Assembly (NCBI GenBank): GCA_031288595.1
Contig: JAITRB010000016.1
Coordinates: forward strand, 60,001-92,000
Source of the DNA: Puniceicoccales bacterium
GTDB taxonomy: Bacteria > Verrucomicrobiota > Verrucomicrobiia > Opitutales > JAIRLG01
DNA: 32,000 nt
Reading direction: 5' to 3'
Below are positions 26,792 to 32,000 of this stretch, one piece after another. The notes beneath the pieces were generated by a model. The model was not told the DNA's origin. It made no database searches and saw only the letters and a list, made by a program, of their open reading frames with translations. Numbering within the stretch: the stretch's first letter is position 1; every line of letters begins with the position of its first letter. A program made the translations under genes and the position numbers.

Positions 26792-28303
26792 TTAGCCGGA
26801 ATGGCCGAGGGGGCGCATGGGAGGGAAGAGGATGACATCGCGGATGCTCTCGGCCTCCGTCAGCAAGGCGGCCAGTCGGTCGATGCCGATACCCATGCCG
26901 CCGGCCGGAGGCATGCCGTGTTCCAGCGCCAGGAGAAAATCATGATCCAGATTTTGCTTCTCCTCGCCGACCTGGGCCTCGAAGAGCTGGCGCTGTAGCA
27001 GGGGATCGTTCTGCTCCGAATAGGCCGGAGCGATTTCCTGACCGTTGATGCAGAGCTCGAAGACGTCGAGGACGGAAGGATCTTCTTCATTCAGCTTGGC
27101 CAATGGGCAGAGCTCTCGGGGGAGATGCGTCACGAAGGTTGGCTGGAGGAGCGTGGGCTCGATCCGTTTACTGTAGACCGCCTGGGTGATCTCGAAATCT
27201 CTCTCCTGGCCGGAGAGCTCGATGCCATTTTCGGTACAGAACTGGGCCTTCTCTTCCCTTGTTCTGGAAAACCACTGTGGGTCACAGGTGCTCTGGCAGA
27301 CGAGCTCGCGGTAGCTGAATTCCTGCCATGGGCCGCCCAGCTCGATCTCGGTGCCGTCGGGTCGGCTTAGCTGCATCCGCCCCAGAATTTCCCGGCTGAG
27401 GTGCTGGATGAGAGCGCGGATGAGTTCCATCATGCCGCGGTAGTCGCTATAGGCCTGGTAGAGCTCCAGCATCGTGAACTCCGGATGGTGCTTGCGGGAA
27501 AGGCCTTCGTTGCGGAAGATGCGCCCGATTTCGAACACGCGGTCGAAGCCGGCCACCAGCAGGCGCTTGAGGTAGAGTTCCAGCGAGATGCGCAGGTAGA
27601 AGTCGCAGTCGAGGGCATTCATGTGCGTCGTGAAGGGTCGGGCGGCGGCGCCACCGGCGATGTTCTGCAGCACCGGTGTTTCCACCTCCCTGAAATCCCT
27701 AGCCCACAGGAATTGCCGGATGAGCCTGAGCATCTCGGTGCGCCGGATGGCCCGTTCCCGGGAACGAGGGTCGGCGATGAGGTCCAGATAGCGCTGGCGG
27801 CAAATCTGGTCCTCATTGACCAGGCCGTGCCACTTTTCCGGCAGGGGCCGTAGGGCCTTGGCCAAGAGCTTGAGGGCGGTGGCCCGAAGGGTGATCTCTC
27901 CAGTCTTGGTCCGGAAGAGATTTCCCTTTACGCCGACGAAATCCCCTAGGTCGTATTTTTTGAAATCCTGATAGTTCTCCTTACCGACGGTCTGTTCGGC
28001 GACGTAGACCTGGAGGCTGCCGTTCCGGTCGAGGAGCTTGATGAAACTGGCCCGGCCCATCAGCCGAAATACGGTGATCCGTCCGGCCAGCGAGACCTCC
28101 GTCTCCTCGGCTGAGCCGCCCGAGCCTTCTTCCTTTTCGAAGATTTTCAGGGCTTCTTGGCTACTGTGGGACGCTTCCCAGTTCTGGCGATAGGGGTCTT
28201 TCCCCTCCTGCCGCAGAACTCCCAACTTTGCCTTGCGGGTGGCGAAGAGGTCGTGGCTGATCGCGTGGAGAGAGGCATCGGATTCAGTATCGCTCATGGC
28301 CAT
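26792..28303 (-). CDS. lysS: Lysine--tRNA ligase, class II
   Basis: OB anticodon-binding domain (VSLAGRITVFRLMGRASFIKLLDRNGSLQVY), motif 2 FRNEGLSRKHHPEFTMLELYQAY and motif 3 GMGIGIDRL. The track start at 28657 adds about 118 Arg/Pro-rich residues that read through repeat copy H. Plausible starts are the ATGs at 28303, 28297 or 28333. Confidence 0.93.
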   Translation of the reverse strand: MAMSDTESDASLHAISHDLFATRKAKLGVLRQEGKDPYRQNWEASHSSQEALKIFEKEEGSGGSAEETEVSLAGRITVFRLMGRASFIKLLDRNGSLQVYVAEQTVGKENYQDFKKYDLGDFVGVKGNLFRTKTGEITLRATALKLLAKALRPLPEKWHGLVNEDQICRQRYLDLIADPRSRERAIRRTEMLRLIRQFLWARDFREVETPVLQNIAGGAAARPFTTHMNALDCDFYLRISLELYLKRLLVAGFDRVFEIGRIFRNEGLSRKHHPEFTMLELYQAYSDYRGMMELIRALIQHLSREILGRMQLSRPDGTEIELGGPWQEFSYRELVCQSTCDPQWFSRTREEKAQFCTENGIELSGQERDFEITQAVYSKRIEPTLLQPTFVTHLPRELCPLAKLNEEDPSVLDVFELCINGQEIAPAYSEQNDPLLQRQLFEAQVGEEKQNLDHDFLLALEHGMPPAGGMGIGIDRLAALLTEAESIRDVILFPPMRPLGHSG

Positions 28304-28433
28304 GCTTTGAATGGGAGGATTGGACGGAATCATACGGCCTTGTAAATGGGAAAACACGGTGAGTTTGGGATAAATGAGCCTCTTGTCTATTTCCCGACGC
28401 CATTCGCTCGAGGATCTTGCGGGTTGTTGGGGA

Positions 28434-28543
28434 TTCCGCCGCCTTTGAAGCCCCGAAGGGGCTCTGGCCCGCGGCGCGGGCCGCGGGCCGCGCGGAATGG
28501 CGAGGCGTTTACGCCTCGCCACTCCGCGCCAAAGGCGGCGGAA
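28434..28543 (-). repeat. Four-way-junction intergenic repeat, copy H (inverted orientation)
   Basis: Outer stem: ttccgccgcctttg (28434-28447) / caaaggcggcggaa (28530-28543), 14 bp. Short arm: agcccc-gaa-ggggct (28449-28463). GC arm: ggcccgc-ggc-gcgggcc (28466-28482), followed by a duplicated half-arm gcgggcc (28483-28489). Long arm: gcgcgga...tccgcgc (28490-28496/28523-28529), enclosing tggcgaggcg-ttta-cgcctcgcca (28498-28521). Confidence 0.85.
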
Positions 28544-28639
28544 GAAGGCCTTCCCATACCCACGACCTGGCATGCTCCAGATCCACCGATGGGAAAAGGG
28601 CTTGAGCACTGGGATTCTTTCGCTTCCTCTAGATTTCTC

Positions 28640-29014
28640 ATGGATTATCTGGAGCATATCTTCGAGCTACAGCGGAAACTGACGGAGCGAGTACTGCCTC
28701 CCGATGCGCTGGACAGTGAGGAAAAACAAGTCCAATGGATACTGAAGTACGTCGGTGCACTGCGGCAGGAGATCGCCGAGCTGGTGGATTCCCTGCCCTG
28801 GAAGTGGTGGGCCCACTACCAAAAATTCGACCTGCAGAATGCTCGGGTGGAGCTAGTCGATGTCCTGCACTTCGTCATTTCCATCGCCCAGGCGCTGGGC
28901 ATGGATGCAGAAGACCTCCACCGCCTGTTCTGCCAGAAGAACCAGAAGAACCACGAGCGGCAGGACTGCGGCTATACCCAGAAATCTTCGGATGATTCCC
29001 GGCATATCCGCTGA
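28640..29014 (+). CDS. All-alpha NTP pyrophosphohydrolase (dimeric dUTPase/MazG-like superfamily)
   Basis: LQRKL...QWILKYVGALRQEIAELVDSLPWKWWA...ARVELVDVLHFVISIAQALG...KNQKNHERQDCGY resembles the ExxE...WKWW...ExxD pattern of dimeric dUTPase-like proteins, judged from memory only. The track start at 28346 reads through repeat copy H. I use the ATG at 28640; the ATG at 28589 is also possible. Confidence 0.55.
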   Translation: MDYLEHIFELQRKLTERVLPPDALDSEEKQVQWILKYVGALRQEIAELVDSLPWKWWAHYQKFDLQNARVELVDVLHFVISIAQALGMDAEDLHRLFCQKNQKNHERQDCGYTQKSSDDSRHIR

Positions 29015-29069
29015 GCGGTATGCCAGAATTGGGATTGCTAATCCAGTTCGCTGTTCGAGTGAAAAGCTC

Positions 29070-30086
29070 TCAGGGTCGCCGGTAGGCGTCGTGGAGGCGC
29101 AAGAGGCCGAGAACTTCATGGTTTTCGCCATCGCGCGAAAGGACCGGCAGGACCTGGACCTGAGAAGGCCCTTCTTCCATGAGGTCGATGGCCTCACCTA
29201 GACTGCACTCGGGGCCGATAAAGCGAAAATGCCGGCACATGATCTGCTCGGCCGTTGTCCGATCGATGTCCTGGCCCTCCTGGAGGAAGCGCCGGATGTC
29301 CCCATCGGTGATGAGGCCGATGAGCCGCTCCACTCCGTCGAGAATGAGGGCGGCTCCCAGGGGGCGTTCGGTCATGGCAATGACGACGTGGCGCAGGGAT
29401 GAATCCCTTCGCCCGTGAGCGACCGCTTTCAACGGATGCATGAGCTCCCGCACCTGCAGTAGGAGGTTGCGCCCGAGTTGGCCTGCCGGATGGATCTGCG
29501 CGAAGTCCTGTCTGGAAAAGGGATGTTCCGCCATCAGGGCACAGGCGATGGCGTCCCCGACGGCGAGGCTCAGGACTGCGCTGGTCGTCGGCACCAGACC
29601 GAGGGGATCGCCTTCCGGCCCGACGCCGGTGTCGAAGACGATGTCAGCATACCGGACGATGGGATTGTGGCTATTGCCGAGAATGGCGATGAGGGGCGAG
29701 TGGTGCTGCTTGAAAAAGGGGATGAGGCGCAGGAGCTCCTCGCTGCTGCCGCTCTTGGATAGGAGCAGAATGGGGTCACCGGCCTCGTAGATCCCGAGGT
29801 CGCCGTGAAGGGCTTCGCAGGGATGAAGGAAGACGGAGCGATGACCGGTGCTGTTGAGGGTGGCGGCGATTTTGCGCCCGATGTGTCCCGATTTGCCGAC
29901 GCCGCACACCAGGATCTTTCGTCGGGAGGATCCCAGCAAGGCCAAGGTGGCGGCCAATGGCTCTTCGATGCGCGTGAGCAGTCGATTCAAACCCTCTATT
30001 TCGCCCTGCAGGACGCATCTGCCTGCCCGAATGCCAGCGCCATTCCGCTCTGCCATGGAATCGATTCTCGTAATTTTTTGCCTCAA
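29070..30086 (-). CDS. kdsD: Arabinose-5-phosphate isomerase (KpsF/GutQ/KdsD family: SIS domain plus two CBS domains)
   Basis: SIS block VCGVGKSGHIGRKIAATLNSTGHRSVFLHPCEALHGDLG...LLLSKSGSSEE, then tandem CBS domains (VIAMTERPLGAALILD..., VLPVLSRDGENHEVLGLLRLHD). The start could instead be M11, at 30056. Confidence 0.9.
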   Translation of the reverse strand: MRQKITRIDSMAERNGAGIRAGRCVLQGEIEGLNRLLTRIEEPLAATLALLGSSRRKILVCGVGKSGHIGRKIAATLNSTGHRSVFLHPCEALHGDLGIYEAGDPILLLSKSGSSEELLRLIPFFKQHHSPLIAILGNSHNPIVRYADIVFDTGVGPEGDPLGLVPTTSAVLSLAVGDAIACALMAEHPFSRQDFAQIHPAGQLGRNLLLQVRELMHPLKAVAHGRRDSSLRHVVIAMTERPLGAALILDGVERLIGLITDGDIRRFLQEGQDIDRTTAEQIMCRHFRFIGPECSLGEAIDLMEEGPSQVQVLPVLSRDGENHEVLGLLRLHDAYRRP

Positions 30087-30163
30087 AAGTCAAGGGCGAT
30101 GCTGGATGAAAAAATTTTTGCCTAAATGGAAGTTTTTCGTAGCATGGGCGAAAACTGGCAGAT

Positions 30164-31117
30164 ATGCACCCACAGCGCACGGGTCATCCACGGCGGGGGA
30201 GTGTTCTCCTCCTGGTCTTGGGAACGCTCTTCGTCCTGAGCCTCCTGGTGAACTCCTTCCTGAATCACGTCGAGGCGGAAGTCCTCTATCAGGATCAGCA
30301 GCAACCACCGGCCGACCTCGAGCTGGAGTGGCAGTCCTACGGCGAGCTGACCCGGGCGGTTCTGAGCGAGTTCAAGAACTGGGATAAGGGACTATTCTCG
30401 CCGAAACAGGGCTGGGGCGATCCGATCGCTTTTGCCTCATTTCCCAGACGGAAAGACCTGGAAATCCGAATCGAGATCCAGGATGAAACAGGAAAACTTC
30501 CCTGTCTGAAGTCCTACGAGTCATGGCACCGGGCGTGGATCGCCCAGTGGGTCAGGGACTGGAGCGCCGAGCGAAAGGTACAGGAGTCCTGGAAGGCGAT
30601 GCTCGAGGGGCAGCCGGTGCCCATGAAGAAAAATCCGGGGGGATTCGGTCTGGAAAAGGAAAAGGTTTTTCTGAGAACCCTGGAGGCTTTGCGCTCGGTC
30701 GATGCCTTTAGCCCTGTGTTTTTTCACGAAAAGGGCTGGGGAAACGAGACCTGGGGGGCTTTTAAGGCTCCGCTGAGCCCCGTGTCGATCGGCCCTATCA
30801 ATGTCAATACAGCGGAAAATCTGAGAGAGCTCATAGCCCAGAAACAGGGTTGGGATCCGAAGGCATTGGCCGATTTCTTTCAGCGAAAGGACACTTTCCA
30901 TATGGGAAATGTCGCACCCTTCTTCCGCGACCAAGGCGATTTGCGAAAACATGGTTTTCAGCTGAAGGATACTGCTTTAGTAGGGTATCAGTGCCAAATC
31001 CTACAGGTGGCCATTACCCTGAAGCGGGGAGATCTGGAGTGGATGAAAAGTTTTTGGCTCAAGGCTGACGATATCCCTGGGGAAAGCTCTCTAGGGATGG
31101 AAGCTGATGCTTTGTGA
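30164..31117 (+). CDS. gspK: GspK-like minor pseudopilin (type II secretion)
   Basis: N-terminus RRGSVLLLVLGTLFVLSLLV (GspK-type, lacking the conserved Glu5). IEIQDETGKLPCLK matches the GspK xDExGKxNLN block, and GPINVNTAENLRELI matches the INVNTA block. Confidence 0.65.
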   Translation: MHPQRTGHPRRGSVLLLVLGTLFVLSLLVNSFLNHVEAEVLYQDQQQPPADLELEWQSYGELTRAVLSEFKNWDKGLFSPKQGWGDPIAFASFPRRKDLEIRIEIQDETGKLPCLKSYESWHRAWIAQWVRDWSAERKVQESWKAMLEGQPVPMKKNPGGFGLEKEKVFLRTLEALRSVDAFSPVFFHEKGWGNETWGAFKAPLSPVSIGPINVNTAENLRELIAQKQGWDPKALADFFQRKDTFHMGNVAPFFRDQGDLRKHGFQLKDTALVGYQCQILQVAITLKRGDLEWMKSFWLKADDIPGESSLGMEADAL

Positions 31118-31249
31118 AAATTCGTATCCCCTCCTGAAATCTCTCAAAAGAGGCGATAATTGTTCTTTCCTTCAGTGGATTTATGGCTAAAATAGGAACT
31201 TGTTTTTCCAGTTCTGAAGTAGAGAGTAGGCTGAAAAAGCCATTTCGTG

Positions 31250-32000
31250 GTGAGTCTTGGGTTTGAGAAGTTGAGGCAGATGATAGCCTCCCGACTGCGG
31301 GAGGCGAAGGAGAGTTTTTATCTGGTCCCCTCGCAGCTCTTCTTCATAACCCATATCGATCTCCCCAAAGGGGAAAAATTGACTGAGAAGAAGATCGAGG
31401 ATCTGGTCCGCTTCGCCCTGGAGAGCCAGAGTCCCTTTGAACTCAGCCATCTGCTCTGGGGATTTTTGCCCTATGCCTCGAAGGATGGGCTTTTGGCCTA
31501 CGCCACCTCGAAGGAGATCCTGCGGCGCGAACATCCGGAATTTTCATCGGCGACCTATGTCTTTCCGAGCTTCCTGCCCTGTTTTCTAGGAGAGGAAAAG
31601 CTGACGGGTCTCTGTCGCTTCCGCTACGGGGAGGAGGCGGTGACATTTCGCTGCACGAAAGAAGGCTACTGGAGCGGTTTCGACAAGCTTCTAGAAAGGG
31701 AAGAGGCCTCATCGCTTCCCGTACATGAAAGGGTCCTGGAGGGGGTGAAGCTGCATCATCAGGGTTGCACTTTTTCGTTGAGTCGGGGATCTGAGAAGCC
31801 GCTAAGGTGTCTGCTTTCTTTCCGCTCGTCGGACTTTTGGTCAGCCAATCTACATGATTTCGATCTGCGGCTGAGGCGTCGCACGGAGAAGAGAGTCGAG
31901 AGTGTTTGCTATCGCACGAGCATGACAGTCTCCTGTTTCTTGGCGCTCGTATTCCTCTTTTGGATCGGTCTGGAGATCATGACTTGGGGGATAATGCGGG
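31250..32000 (+). CDS. GspL/PilM-like secretion-assembly protein (partial; runs off the window end)
   Basis: Not in the ORF track, because there is no stop in the window. The frame is open from the stop at 31232-31234 to base 32000. Candidate starts are GTG 31247 or 31250, TTG 31271 and ATG 31280. It translates as ...FYLVPSQLFFITHIDLPKGEKLTEKKIEDLVRFALESQSPFELSHLLWGF... and ends in a TM-like SCFLALVFLFWIGLEIMTWGI after about 235 aa. That is the GspL layout (cytoplasmic domain then one TM), and it sits directly after the gspK-like gene. Confidence 0.45.
   Translation, partial: MSLGFEKLRQMIASRLREAKESFYLVPSQLFFITHIDLPKGEKLTEKKIEDLVRFALESQSPFELSHLLWGFLPYASKDGLLAYATSKEILRREHPEFSSATYVFPSFLPCFLGEEKLTGLCRFRYGEEAVTFRCTKEGYWSGFDKLLEREEASSLPVHERVLEGVKLHHQGCTFSLSRGSEKPLRCLLSFRSSDFWSANLHDFDLRLRRRTEKRVESVCYRTSMTVSCFLALVFLFWIGLEIMTWGIMR

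Noticed and set aside
29015-29069. Imperfect hairpin gaattgggatt-gc-taatccagttc between the convergent dUTPase-like and kdsD genes, as a possible bidirectional terminator
   Set aside because: The stem is interrupted and no T-tract lies on either side. This is too weak to report as a feature.

Overview
This 32-kb window is chromosomal and mostly housekeeping, from a moderately GC-rich, Gram-negative-type bacterium. The taxon cannot be fixed without a database search. I support 26 protein-coding genes, 20 of them on the minus strand:
- hppA (partial; absent from the ORF track because it runs off the window start)
- a PAS histidine kinase, a YbgC-type thioesterase and a lone pseudopilin
- rnc, translationally coupled to a GT8 glycosyltransferase
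- a minimal birA, rplM-rpsI and a HIT protein
- an orphan 612-aa ORF in a low-GC patch
- dnaE, gspF and ffh
- a co-directional transporter string: mlaF, mlaD, an auxiliary lipoprotein, an ABC ATPase and an anchored solute-binding protein, with no permease
- miaB, lysS, an all-alpha NTP-pyrophosphatase-like gene and kdsD
- a gspK-like gene, followed by a gspL-like ORF that runs off the window end

There is one RNA gene, the small SRP RNA (ffs) at about 8313-8413. I found no rRNA, tRNA, CRISPR array, transposase or integrase.

The most unusual signal is a dense family of intergenic elements, with 8 full copies and 1 degenerate copy. Each folds as an outer stem enclosing three hairpins, a four-way-junction or cloverleaf-like shape. 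The arm sequences differ between copies but stay complementary. I do not recognise this as any described repeat or ncRNA family.

Secondary points:
- The low-GC orphan gene abuts and appears to extend the 3' end of dnaE.
- The transporter operon has no permease.
- Type II secretion-like genes are scattered across the window.
- A decayed tandem duplication lies upstream of the thioesterase.
- Several ORF-track start codons are inflated because the ORFs read through the GC-rich repeats.
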